In this document: piece by piece, positions 1 through 12,697 of the stretch
How the letters are laid out: each line of letters opens with the position of its first letter
How positions within the stretch are numbered: position 1 is the first letter of the stretch
NCBI RefSeq assembly: GCF_001194135.2
Contig: NC_068983.1
Coordinates: forward strand, 107,497,128 to 107,561,127
Direction of reading: 5' to 3'
DNA from: Octopus bimaculoides
Taxonomy: Eukaryota
Length of the DNA stretch: 64,000 nt
Notes under the pieces: generated by a model
The model's database searches: none
Seen by the model: the letters and a program-made list of their open reading frames with translations, nothing else
Told to the model about the DNA's origin: nothing
Program-made: the position numbers and the translations under genes

Positions 1-233
1 TGTCAAGCAATGCTAGGGGGACAAACACAGACACACAAACACACATATACACATATATATATATATATATATATATATGACGGGCTTCTTTCCGTTTCCG
101 TCTACCAAATCGACTCAAGGCTTTGGTCGGCCCCAGGCTATAATAGAAGACACTTGCCCAAGGTGCCACGCAGTGGTACTGAACCCAGAACCATGTGGTT
201 GGTAAGCAAGCTACTTACCACACAGCCACATGC
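1..233 (-). mobile_element. tRNA-derived SINE, family A (CORE-like), cut by window edge
   Basis: Reverse complement of head TGGCTGTGTGGTAAGTAGCTTGCTTACCAACCACATGGTTCTGGGTTCAGTACC, then CACCTTGGGCAAGTGTCTTC; close match to the copies at 23151 and 56781. Confidence 0.9.
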
Positions 234-234
234 A

Positions 235-265
<31 letters not shown>

Positions 266-3129
266 GTGTGTGTTTGGGTGCATATATATACTAAATACAT
301 AGATAAACATATATACACACATAAATATAGGTATGTATGTATATGCATATACATATACAAAGGCTCAACATTCTACATTCAGAAAAATACACACATACAT
401 ACTCACACATACATACACACACTCACACAGGTACATGTATTTGTATGTGTGTGTGCTTGTGCATATGGGTATAGGTGTGTCCAAATGTAACACAATATGG
501 TCGAGATTTATCTATTGATTATAATGCTGAAATTAATATGCTTGCACCCTAATGTCTTATCAGTTTGCATTTAATCAGCAAATGGATTGTTAATTGTGTA
601 ATAGGTATGAGTGAAGTGCAATGTTGCAATAATAATAAGTGAAACGTATGAGACGTTGGCAACTGACCGTTGTTATGGATGAGTTGATAAAACATCTGGT
701 AAAAACCCCTTTGGAAATAGTATAAGTGAACACTTGGCAGTAATTAATTTGCGCAGATATGGAAATCTCAAATCACTGGAATAGAGTTGACTGCACAGCA
801 ACTTGATTACAAATTAATTGATTTCAACTTTTGAGTGACAAGTATGATTAGGCATATAACCTAGCAAAATATCTAGTTTCATATTCCTTGCGATGTATAT
901 TATCTATGCACCTGCATTTACTACATTTACATCGTAAAGGTAAATGGTATATTTTATGAAACTGTTTCACTTTTAAGCACATTAATGCCATTACTATGCT
1001 CAGTCATCATATTACTTGAAATCATAGTTGATTTAAATTGTTGTTTCCATGCTTGAACAGATTACACTGCATACATTTATTCTGTTTGACATTATGTGTG
1101 TAAAATACTAATTATGAAAAGTGTCAGTTTAGCACAAAATAGTTTTGTGCACCAAATATATGTACAAAAAAATGGCAGGTGGTAGATCCAACTTCAGAAA
1201 ACAAATACCAAAAGTATAAAAACAAAAAAAACTGAAAAAGAATATTGTACTAATTAACATGAGGAAACTAGAGTTGGTTTAATATTCAAGTGTTCATTTT
1301 TCTACTAATGTTTCACTCAGAAATATTTGCTAATTCAGAATTAGAATTGCAGCTTCTCTTTTATGGAAACAGTCACCTGTTTCCATAGAAAAGAACTAGC
1401 GAGGTGATATGTCAAATAAAAATATTGTTACCAGACAATACTCTGTTTGTCAGTCCGTGCTTTAACATAATAAGACACCAAAAAAAAGTGCGAACAAAAA
1501 GAAAGTACATTGCCAGAATTTTGAACAGATGAATTGAGAACCATTCAAAATTAAGCTGAGGATGGAAGTCATCTGTAAGGGGTGAGGAGGTAGATACTCA
1601 TTCAAGATTACTTAAATTGATATTGTTTGAACTAAGAAATGGCATAAGATGTGGTTTTAAAATGTCATACTATTTTAAATTGAAAATGGAAATGAAATGT
1701 CAAAGTATCTTAAATTTAAAATGTTAATTTTATTTGTAGTCTTTTTAGTGATGTTAAATTCTTTGTGATTAACCCTTTCAAGTCTAAAGCTGATTTCTCT
1801 CTTCATACTACTCATATTATATAAAACACTTCTAAGTGCAAGTCTTGTTATCATCATGTTATCATCTTTCTAACAGGAGTTATTAAGAACTCAAAAAGAA
1901 AGATATGATATGGATCTATTTATTCTGAAGTGATTTTAATGTAAATGCAATAACCATGTGTTGCTCTAGACAACAAAATGGGAAATAAAGTAATACTTTA
2001 CATGGACCAGGATTAAGGTAATCTTTATATCTAGTACTTTAATTGAAATAGTCAGATGTGTATATGTATAGATATGTAGTTACAAAGTTCATTTCACAAA
2101 CAGCATGATTACAGGTTCAATCCTGCTCCATTGTACCTTTTTCTAACATCTCCTTCCATAGTCTCAGATCTGTATTAAAACCCATCATAAAAAGTATTCA
2201 TGTTCATGGGTGGAAGACGTTAGCGATCACCTAGTTTAATACCACTACTATTATCTGGCTGTATGGTAATTTTAATGAAGTCCACACTGTTTCAAATATC
2301 TGAGCTAAGTTTCCAATCTGAAGGTAATTCCCTTGCTTCTATTTTTATTTCCTTCCTTCATTCCTTCCTTCCTTCCGCCCACCCTCCCACTAGACGTGGA
2401 AGCTGTTAAAAAAAAAGATATATCTATTAAGTTTCAAGTGTCATCTCTTTCCATCATCATTAATGACCAGCTGACTTATGAAGTTTACTCTACTTTCATT
2501 TCCATTGCATTGTACTGTGAAAACATTGCATTGTACTGTGAAAAGTAGTTGAATACCAAGAGCATATACAAGCTAAAATGCATTGGGTTACTTGTGGTGT
2601 TGCTGTCGTTGTTTAACCCAAGGTCATATCTAATTGGTCAGACCTATAATCAAACTCTATCATCCCATTTTTTTGTAAATGTTAGACTACCTTACATAAT
2701 GCTTACTGCAACTTTTCAAGATGATAAGGTGTATTTTAGCTACCGTTTTAAGCAAATCAAGAGACTGCTTAAATATTCCCACATTGGTTCAAAGTTAGTT
2801 GCTTATGTTGCTAATTTGTGATGCTATTAAAATTTATTTTATTGAACATAGAGCAATAACGATTTACATGTAACCTTTGCCTAAGCTGCAGTCAAAACTA
2901 CCAAAATTTCTTCATTATCCCTTCTGATATACCTCTTTGCTGCTAAGCCTTCACAAAACTGGAGAGGTGTATATGGCATAGTAAAATTCCCAGCTAACGG
3001 AGGGGGGAATCATGTGTAATAAAGGCAATCCAAATACAAAACTTGTTTTGTTAGAATACATTTAGGAAAAAAAATGATTTTCCCAAATTTTGTTGAGTGG
3101 TTCATGTAGTTGAATAACTACACAACTAA

Positions 3130-3425
3130 ACACTTAGTAACATCAACAGAAATCTGATACCAATATTCCTCAAGCTGAAACAGAAACGGCAACAATTTGC
3201 TGACCACTGTCATCAAGCAGAGAAAGAGTTTATCTCATCCCTGCTTCTATGGCATCCCTCTGGAAGTGTTTTCTCCGAGAAACTGACATTTCCAGATACT
3301 ATATCTCAGGACTCAGAGCTGGATATTAGAGATCTGAACACAGCAATGCAAGACCATGTAGTGTGGAAAGAGATTGGCAATGGAGTTCTGACCAGCCTAT
3401 GGTTGGTTGAAGGAGGATGATGATG
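3130..3425 (+). mobile_element. RTE-clade LINE 3' fragment
   Basis: Translates RQQFADHCHQAEKEFISSLLLWHPSG...LTFPDTISQDSELDIRDLNTAMQDHVVWKEI (RTE ORF C-terminus-like) and ends in a GATGATGATGA tail. Confidence 0.75.
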
Positions 3426-3619
3426 AGTTGAATAACTGATGTAAAAGTTTTGGATTTAACCATTTTAATATCACTCTGATCAAGACTGCTCCTATCAATG
3501 TATTGATATTTAAATTAAAATCAAATTTTTAATCTAAATGCAATTTAATGATAATGTAGAATTTCAGTTGGTTAACTTGTCTTTTGCTAAATTTTGTTTC
3601 AGTTACTAACATAATAGAG

Positions 3620-3800
3620 CGAGAACTAATGACATCACTCAACTTGATAGAAATAGCAAAAGAATTTCCTTCAGACATGTTCTTCTTAAAAAAAGAAAGG
3701 ACTCTTTTGGTAATGATGTCCTAGATATACAAAAGGATAGGATGGTCATTGGTGGAATGTATTTGATTAATTAGGTTTGCTTAATTAGGGCTGAGTTGAA
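3620..3800 (+). repeat. Unclassified interspersed repeat
   Basis: Motifs GATAGAAATAGCA...CTTAAAAAAAG...GGATGGTCATTGGTGGAATG recur in diverged form at about 44110-44300 (+) and 34740-35050 (-). Confidence 0.55.
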
Positions 3801-3825
3801 GCGAAACAATATTTAATAATGAGGT

Positions 3826-4053
3826 TTAACTCTTTAGCATTCAGATTACTCATTCAAGTGTAATGCTTATCTATTCACATTGTTTTGAATTAATCATGCA
3901 TTATCTTTTAACTTTGAGATATTGAAGATGGGAGTGTTTATTTATAGAATGACATTGTAGGGTAGGTACGAGAAGCTGGATTTGTTCAGTTTTAACATAA
4001 AACAGGGAAATTATTTGGGCTGGATATGGCCAGATTAGATACTAAAAAGTTAG
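3826..4053. mobile_element. TTAA-flanked MITE (piggyBac-like termini), degenerate
   Basis: Left TTAACTCTTTAGCATTC and right GATACTAAAAAGTTAG form imperfect TIRs; a matching end TTAACCCTTTAGCATTC occurs near 48316. Confidence 0.55.
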
Positions 4054-4330
4054 AAGTCCTTTTACTATTTCTGCAAAGCAAACAACATGTTGAAATGTCG
4101 TTAGGAAAGGTGATAAATTATAGCAAAGATATTTTGCACTCTGATATTATACAATGAATATTACTCTACTTGGTTTGCTAAACTCAGCTGAAACTGCATA
4201 AGTATAATTTCATGAGTGTGTAGTTTACCTTAGGAAGAGCTTCAGATCTATAAGAGATAAAATATTGATTCAAATAAAAGTATGTATTTTCAGAGCCATC
4301 CATTCAAGGACAATATTTAAAAAGATGAAA

Positions 4331-4740
4331 AGGCATGGCAGTGTGGTAAGAAGTTTGCTTCTCATCAACATGATCCCAGTTTCAGTTCCACTGTGTGGCA
4401 TCTTGGGCAAGTGTCTTCTACTAAAGCCTTGAAGTTACCAAAGCCTTGAAGTTACCAAAGCCTTGAAGTGACCAAAGCCTTGCAAGCAGAATTGGTTGAT
4501 GGAAACTGAAAGAAGCCTGTTGTATATGTATATCTATGTGTGTGTGTGCATCTTCATGTCTGTATTTGTCCCCTAATACTGCTTGACAACCAATATCGGT
4601 ATGTTTACATCCCTGTAACTTAATAGTACCAGGCTTAAAAAATAAGTCCTGGGTTGATTTATTTAACAAAACTTTTTTAAGGTGGTGCTCCAGCATGGGT
4701 GCACTCTCCTGAATGAAACAATTAAAGGATAAAAAAAGAT
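4331..4740 (+). mobile_element. SINE family A with internal 18-bp tandem amplification
   Basis: A/B-box-like head TGGCAGTGTGG...GTTTCAGTTCC, core CTTGGGCAAGTGTCTTC, repeats of CCAAAGCCTTGAAGTTA, and the family 3' body. Confidence 0.85.
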
Positions 4741-6734
4741 AAGTAGTGTTAGCTTGTGGATGAGGACTCTAAGTATTGTTCGCTGGAGTGGAGGTGGAAA
4801 TTGATTTCTATTTAGAAATCTTTAGCAATAGAGGATAGATCCATTAAATCTGTAACACATATCATGTTTAAATTCTTATGCTTATCAATGATGAAATTTG
4901 ATTAAAACCTGATATAAAGACAGTTCTGAGGATAAAACTGCAATTGCGGCATTTCTCTACAGTTTTTCCTTTTTATTTAGTCATTTAGAAGTCACAAGAA
5001 AAGAAAATCTAATAGCAATGTCTAAAATAAAGTGTGACTCGTCAGAACTCATTGAAATTAGTTTTGTGTATGTTTGTGACAAAGAAAAAAAGCAAAAAAC
5101 AAAGGAATCTATAGTTAAAACAATTTTATTCATTTAATATTTTTTCCTGTTTATTGTTAATGTTCTAGATTCTGGTATTATTCAAGTTCTAGAACTTTTG
5201 CCAATAAATTAAAGCAAATGCAAAATGCAGGCATGTGATAGTGAACTTTCAGTCTGTCTTTTTCATCAAACATATGTGACCTGTTAAAAGAATCAGCTGG
5301 TAAAAAAGATTGAAATACAAAAAAAGCAGAAAGATTGAGTAATTTTGGCTTGAGAACTTTTAAAGTCACATTTCTATACAACATTTCTAATACTATGGGT
5401 TCTTTTTAACATTAAATGATGAGAATTTTAAAAAGATGTTCTGTAATAGGTTTCTATTCACATGGCGTTTGCAACAAACTGAATAGAATCTGCCTGATAA
5501 CTTAATAAATGCCATCAGATATTCTTATATTAGCAAGAAGGAGAATTTCAATGTTAATTTTTGTTTGTATTTTTTGCAAAGCTGAAGCTTCCATTAAGAG
5601 AGATCTAGTTCTGTATTACATCTAGTTATTTTTAAAGCATTTATTGAATTTAAAAGTGATCTTCTTATCTAAAATGTAGTGTTGCATACTTTTCTTTTCT
5701 CTCATCTATTATCCTATCATGTCAAGCTTGAACTCATTCTTTGAGAATTTTAAAATCATTAAAGTTTATACAACTAAATGTTCATACCCTGAAACATGAA
5801 AAAAATATTCTGAGCAATGAGCTGTTTATAATTAACTTGTAGACTTGTATTATAAATCTAAGCTGATGATTAGCTATACAATTTGAAGGAGATTTTGTTT
5901 GAACTGTTCTGCATTTTAAATTGCAGCTTTAGAATAATAGCACACTATTAGTGTTGTTAAAGCCAATCACTGGTTTCAATCTGACTTCTTTCTACAAGGA
6001 AATAAAACTTGTTTGTCAAATTAGATATGCACTTTTCTGGATGTTAAACAAACGTACATTATGAGTCAAAATGTCAATACTAGACAGCTGATTACACATT
6101 TATGGGTTTAAATCTTACTAGTAAAGCCATTGTGTTATATTCCTGAGAAAAGTACATAGTTCTGCCTATTTTAACTTGACAAACAACAGGTGTCCCGTCT
6201 TTAGTTCACACTTTAATCAACCTGAATGAGTACTATATTCACTTCTGCTTCTTGTTTACATTGCATGTACTGTACGTTATCATCTGTCTTTTGTTTACAG
6301 ACAGACTTGGGTTGGATAGATTTACCATACAGTGTATCTCTACTTGTCTTGCAATTTTGTCATCTCTTTATCAAGCTTAATATCCTAAGATCTAACTATG
6401 ATCTTATTTATTTTCCGTCGAGCTTTCTCTTGTATGCTAATACATGGCACTCCCTCTCTCCAGCACTTGTCTACCTAAATAACATACCCACTCCACTGTA
6501 AACTGTTCAGCTACTCACTCTTGACATAGCTTTTATGCTTTTAGCATTACAATTAACAGATTATACTCATTCTACTTGTCTCCAGGCTCTGTACATTCAA
6601 TACCTAAGTCACACTATCATACAATATTTCTCTTCTTATACATTCTTTATTCAGTCTACATCACTGAAAATATTGATAATTTCTTGAAATGGGATTGTGA
6701 AACATCTCATCCATTAGGTTCATATAACAAAATG

Positions 6735-7312
6735 GGATCTTTTTTAAAACGGGGGCCACATTTTTCATTAACGAAACACTTTGAAACTTGGATCACTGGT
6801 AGAATGTGTCATATAAAACATCTTTTTCTCTTAGTCTTCTTAAAAAAAAAAGAAATCCATAAATTATTCCATGTTAAAGTTGTCGTATTTCTGTAATTTC
6901 AACCAATCACTGACGTCCATTCAGCCGATATACATTAAGTGCCGACTACATAAACAAACGATTCTGAAACAATTAACCCTAACCCTAACCCTAACTCTAA
7001 CCCTAACCCTAGGGTTAGAGTTAGGGTTAGGGTTAGGGTTAAAGCAAATTTAAAATGAAAAAAGCAAATAAAATGAAGAATCGTTTGTTTATGTAGTCGG
7101 CACTTAATGTATATCGGCTGAATGGACGTCAGTGATTGGTTGAAATTATCGAAATAAGACAATTGTTTACATGAAATAAATTCGAATACAAAAATATTTT
7201 TCTGTTCTATAACACAAAATAGATAAGTATACGAAGTTTGAAAGTCTTTCGGTACCAAAAGCACTACGTAAAACATTAATGAAAAATGTGGCCCCCGTTT
7301 TAAAAAAGATCC
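6735..7312. mobile_element. Non-autonomous foldback DNA transposon (MITE), Merlin-like termini, telomeric-repeat core
   Basis: Perfect 37-bp TIRs at 6735-6771 and 7276-7312 beginning GGATC; 8-bp TSD ACAAAATG at 6727-6734 and 7313-7320; perfect 72-bp inner arms at 6894-6965 and 7077-7148. Confidence 0.9.
6973..7042. repeat. Interstitial telomeric-type palindrome (CCCTAA)n-(TTAGGG)n
   Basis: TTAACCCTAACCCTAACCCTAACTCTAACCCTAACCCT|AGGGTTAGAGTTAGGGTTAGGGTTAGGGTTAA. Confidence 0.95.
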
Positions 7313-7570
7313 ACAAAATGTTCAATCATTAATTTATTTCAATTCAGCTCTCATTCTCATAAGTTCCTATAACTTTTACTTTTGTTGAGATGATTCACTG
7401 CCTATCTTTCAGCTCTACAACTCATTTAAGAGAAATCTTATCAATGTAGAAGTATTTTTAAAAATTCTAATGCACAGAAGGCACATGGGTTCAAAATACT
7501 TCAGTGTAGGCCAACCAACTTGAAGAGAAGCTACTCTGAATTACAGTTGACATAAGACAACAATGTGAAA

Positions 7571-7775
7571 GGCAGCAAGCTGGCAGAATCATAAGTATGT
7601 TGGACAAAATGCTTAGTGGCATTTCTTCAGGCTTAATGTATTGAGTTTAAATGCCACCAAGGTTGACTTTGACTTTCATCCATTCAAGGTTGATAAAATA
7701 AGTTCCATTTCAGAAATTGTAATCAACTAGCCTCTTCCCCCATAATTTCAGGCCTTGTGACAGTAATAGAAAAAC
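7571..7775 (+). mobile_element. tRNA-derived SINE, family B
   Basis: GGCAGCAAGCTGGCAGAA head, GAGTTTAAATGCC B-box-like motif, central CTTTCATCCATTCAAGGTTGATAAAATAAGT domain shared with other copies. Confidence 0.75.
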
Positions 7776-8647
7776 AAAGAACAACATGACAAAGTGGATA
7801 CAGCCTCTCTGGATTTGGTGGTATGAATAAATATACCCAGTCCACTCTGCTGGCAGCTGATGATAATAAAGAGCATCTGTTTATAAAACCCCTGTTAATT
7901 ATTAATGCAGTACAGCAGATTGAATTGTAAAACATTCCACTTAGTGTCCCCTCCCACTCAAAAAAACACACAACAAACAATCATATTTTGTTTAAATGAT
8001 GAGCAGCCTTTGTAAAACTGCTTTTATTGGATTGAAATGATCAATTTTGCTAAATTCATTAAAATAACATGTATTTAGCGTATGAATAAATGTGCTATAA
8101 ATTTTTATTTTGGATTTTATGGTTTTGTCATTTTCCTCATCAGATTTATGAATCTCATTATTGTGAATAATACTTTTTATTGGGTAGAATAATCTAATAT
8201 ATTGTAAGGAATAAAATATAACTAAGCTCCACTCGTTCAAACATGTGTGGGTTGTTATGAAGTATCTAAATTACTCATGCATATTCATTTCTTTATTAGT
8301 TAGTATGAAGAGAATTGTAGTAACACTTACTGATCTTTAGACTAAGTAAAACACAATCATCATAGATTGACAGTAATTTCTTGGAAAATTGAGTTTGTAA
8401 AGTCATTTAAATTTCTAATTAAGCCACTTCTTCTATTCCTTATAGTTTATACTTTATCCCTTGTGATTTCTAGATATAGCCTTTTCCCTTGACATACTAC
8501 ATGAATGCAAAATTGTTGGTGATGGCATAGTAAACCATTAAAGGTTACAAGACATTTTTAATGATTGCTTGTAATGTAAAAAAACTGAATGTCTAGAAAT
8601 GTCAGGGAAAGTCTGACCTCAGATGACATTATAGTTTCATATGTATA

Positions 8648-8856
8648 TGAAAGGGTGCTGAAAAGTTCCTGGCTTTGGGTAAAAGAAAATACAGGAGGAT
8701 TAGTTAATTATGATCTTTTTCAATATATTCTCTTCTCAGATTCACACACTTATTGCAGTGGTGTTTCAGTTTTTCTAAGCCTGTAAAAGAACTTGGAATG
8801 TTTGGCCTCCAACTAGGCCTTTTGCAATATCCCAAGAACTTTTCTGCACTCCCTCC
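8648..8856. mobile_element. Mariner-derived MITE
   Basis: TA-flanked imperfect TIRs (TGAAAGGGTGCTGAAAAGTTCCTGG / CCAAGAACTTTTCTGCACTCCCTCC); minus strand encodes mariner-like C-terminus FTGLEKLKHHCNKCVNLRREYIEK. Confidence 0.75.
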
Positions 8857-10756
8857 TATATAATGCTTTCTAGCCATGTTGTTGATAAGGTTTATTTTTT
8901 CTGATGCGAAAAGCAACTATACAACTATTGACATCATGGTAGAATAGGTTATTTAAGAGTTAAGTGTTCTGATCATCATAGACAAGACATGATTTGCTGA
9001 CACCTTTGCTGGTTGTCTAGCACACTAACGTCTTAGTTACTCACTTTCTCATATATATGTATTGTTGTACTTTGAGAGGGTCATGTTGCCAATAAAATCA
9101 CAAAAATTATGTGTATTTATTGGAAAAAAAACTTACCTTTCTAAGGTAAAACAATACTTGTCTTAACACACAATTTCACATAAAAAATCTTGTGTGTGTG
9201 TGTGCATGTGTGCGTGCGTGCGTTTGTGTGTGCGTGTGTGTGTGGCTTCCTGTTGCCTTCTCCAGGTTTACAAAATGTGGTTCAAACTCAGTGTTGCAAA
9301 CTAACAAAACATTGGTCAATTATAATGTCACTGTGGTTTAAGGAGGACAGTTGTACCAAACAAGCAGTACCTAATTACAATTAGAAGGACTGAATCATTT
9401 GTAATCTAAACATCTTGGTCACTGATACAACACAGAAACAATTACAGAACTCTAAACTTCAAACATTCTGCTGGTTTGTCTGGTATTCTAATAGTCTTAC
9501 ACTATAGACAAACATGTGTCTCAGGCTCTTTAGTAATTTTTTTCGGCTCAGTGCTTATCTGTCAAAGTTTTCATGGTACTCGTTCAATAAATAATCTGCC
9601 CATGGAATGACATTTTCAGATAACCTAGTATCTATAACAAACAGCTATTTCAACTGAAGCACATAGAAGGAAAGTGAACCATCCAAATATACAATGAAAT
9701 GCTTTCAGTAGGTTTCAGCACAAGAGAATAAGAGCAGGCATATCCATTTTGTTTCTAAATACACAGCTTCACAAGGTTCATATTAAGTTTGAAGTTGAAC
9801 AGGCTTGTAGTTGAAAAGAAAACATGGATAAAAGATGATTTTCATCTGTTGTTTATATGTATTTTGCTTATCAGTGAGATGAACCTCTCAAGAATAACTT
9901 ATGATTTACAGAGAGTTAGGTTAGACCAACACTGCCAAGTCTGTGATGATATTTTCTCTGGTAATGTACTTGAGAGCTCTTAAATCTTAGACTGAACTAT
10001 GCCAAGCAGAAGAAATATCTAGTACCAGGTGTTTTATACAGTATGATGTTGTCTAGTATTTGTAATAATAGATGTTCTAATGTAACAGAGAAAGACTCTA
10101 ATGCACTTGACTGTGAGGAAGCTGTTCTGGTGGTAATCAGTGAAGAGAGGAAGAATTTTTATGAGAGCAAATAACGAAGGCATGTAGAAAATAATTGTCG
10201 TCAGCAGTTGTATGTGTCTATTTAAAGTTAACTAATGCATATTTGCCAAAGGCCAATATCAACTGGCATAAATTTGTATTAGCACTTTCTCTCACTTTTG
10301 CATTTTCTTACTTTGTTCTCTCTCCTATTCCCTCTCTGTCTCTGTATCTAGCATTCGCACAAACACATACACTTATGCAAACACACACACAAAAAAAGAT
10401 AAACACACAAAATAGTCCTATGCATAAATATACCTTCCCTCATGAAGTGAGGTCTTCTGTCAATTGCAATAGCATCATAAAATTATTTGTAAAAATCTAA
10501 ACTTTCTGCTGAACTGTCAAATGACTTTATAGCCTAACATCTTAAATAGATTCTCTAGAGAATTCCTAGTAAAAAAAAATATATATTTTCTGCAAAACTT
10601 CACATAGTAACAGATTTTATTGACTGTTTTCAACTTGAAAAATTAGAGCTGCTCATATAAAGATTTCTCTTCATATAGTATTTGTTCATTTATATAAAAT
10701 AGATGAGTTTTTTTCTTCTCGATCACTGTTGAGTCATAAACATGCAGAATGTGTAC

Positions 10757-10795
10757 CTGCTGTTTACAGTGGTGAGCAGCCATTTTACATGGTAC
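10757..10795 (-). other. Candidate 39-nt exon of an unidentified minus-strand transcript
   Basis: ttagttcaacAG|GTACCATGTAAAATGGCTGCTCACCACTGTAAACAGCAG|GTacac; contains AAAATGG; splice signals only, no homology recognised. Confidence 0.25.
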
Positions 10796-11039
10796 CTGTT
10801 GAACTAAGCCAATGAAAATTAAGAAATATATTGGCCATAGACATTGCCCACTGCCAAAGTCAGCATAGAAGCTATGAATTCTTTGGTATATACTCCAATA
10901 CTTTATTTGCTATGGCCAACCAAAACTTGTACTGTATTATACAGAATTATGTATTTTTTTATATAGGTAATATTTATTTATTGTCTTTTTTATGTAATCG
11001 ATATTTAGCAGACTAATATATATTGATATATTACACTTA

Positions 11040-11212
11040 CTTGTCTAAATATTCAAATTTGTTCCTTGCAACTCATAATTATATATGTGCGTATGTATAT
11101 GGATGTATATACATCTATGTATATATGTCTGTATATATGTGTGTGTGTATGTGTGTGCACATGTGTTTGTATATGTGAGCATGTGCATGCGTGTATGTAT
11201 CTCTCTCTCTCT

Positions 11213-11246
<34 letters not shown>

Positions 11247-11350
11247 ACACATGTATGTATATATACATATACATACACACACGTATGGGCTGCTTCTCAT
11301 TCTTATTTGAATATACATGTGTGTGTATATATATATATATATATGTATAA
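11040..11350. repeat. Compound (TA)/(TG)/(CT) microsatellite
   Basis: Direct inspection; explains the overlapping YI/CV-rich ORFs. Confidence 0.95.
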
Positions 11351-11980
11351 AGTAGAAATGACAGACAAAAAACAGCAGGAAGAAGGAATGTATTTGCATG
11401 GGAAGTTGTGTATACAATTACTTGATGTAACCAAGCCTTTACAGCTGTTTCAGATAATTAGTGACTAGAAATGTAACCATGCATTTTAAGTAATGAAGTC
11501 TCATAATATTGTATATATTCACTGGCATGGAGAGAGAACTGTGGCACAATATCCTCATCGGATTTGCCAGTGTACTTTGATTAAGACATCATAATTTTGC
11601 TTCACAGGTCTCAGAATGAAGATTGTTCTTATAACTAACTTTCTACCTCAGCACTACTTTCCCCTGCTGAAAGAGTTAGATTTAAGCTATAATTTATGAG
11701 TATACTCCATGTTATATCAGAAACAGCTGTTAGCTAATGAAGTTCACAAGATAATTGCTTATTCCTTTGTCATCTCATCTTCATATATATGTATATGCAC
11801 ACACACACACACATACACACATATATGAGTATGTGCTTATGTATATGTTCTTGAGTGTGTGTGAGAGTGCATGTGTGTTTGCATGTATGTCTAAGGTTCT
11901 CTGATGGATGGAAAAAAAACATTGTTGCAAGTTTTCTGGAGTTAAATATAAATACCTTCATTATTTACTCTCTTACAAAG

Positions 11981-12200
11981 TGGTGAGCTGGCAGAATTGT
12001 TATTATGTCAGAAAAAAAATGCTTAATCACATTTGTTGTGGCTTTTTATGTCCTGAGTTCAAATTCCACTGAGGTCAACTTTTCCTTTCATCTGTTTGAA
12101 GTTGATAAAATAATGTACCAGTCTAGTGCTGAGGTTGAAAATATCAACTAACCCCACCTTCAAAATTGCTGGCTTTGTCCCTAAATAAGAAGCAATTATT
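11981..12200 (+). mobile_element. SINE family B
   Basis: GGTGAGCTGGCAGAATTG...GAGTTCAAATTCC...CTTTCATCTGTTTGAAGTTGATAAAATAATGTACCAG. Confidence 0.75.
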
Positions 12201-12439
12201 TGATCTCATATAAATTCTTCATTTCGCATTACCTACCAGTATAATTTTCACATTTTCAAATCCTCTTTAGATCTTCTTTACATTATAAAATAAAACAATA
12301 GAGTCATAGGAAATAAGTGATGGCCTTTGTTGGTTAATAGCAGAATAAAAAGTTCACAAAGTTGAACAAATTATAGTTTAATGAAAAAGAAGTCAGAGTC
12401 AGCAATATATTTTCTCTGCATATTACTGTAGTCTCTTAC

Positions 12440-12544
12440 CCTTGAAAACAAACTTTGGCATAATGAAACTTTTTGACATTTAGATCGAGTAAATGTTCAA
12501 CCATTTTAGGCATGAGAGTCGTCTGGCAAAGCAGTCTCTTACAA
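12440..12544 (-). other. Candidate 105-nt exon of an unidentified minus-strand transcript
   Basis: gttagatttcAG acceptor and strong AAGG|GTAAGA donor; one open frame CKRLLCQTTLMPKMVEHLLDLNVKKFHYAKVCFQG; no homology recognised. Confidence 0.3.
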
Positions 12545-12697
12545 CTGAAATCTAACACAAGGCATCAAGACTGAAAGTTTTGATGCCATGTTACTCTATC
12601 ACAGCATATAAATACAAATACTCACTGATCCCTATAAATATAAATTACATGAACTCATTGCAAGATTCATCTTTCTACATATATATATATATATATG

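Noticed and set aside
10-518. ORFs rich in YI/HT/CV (also at 11045-11468, 40478-40783, 47414-48050, 50927-51384)
   Set aside because: Translations of dinucleotide and tetranucleotide microsatellites and SINE bodies.
6973-7042. Ancient telomere-telomere chromosome fusion site
   Set aside because: The polarity is (CCCTAA)n(TTAGGG)n, the tract is very short, and it sits at the centre of a TIR/TSD-bounded element.
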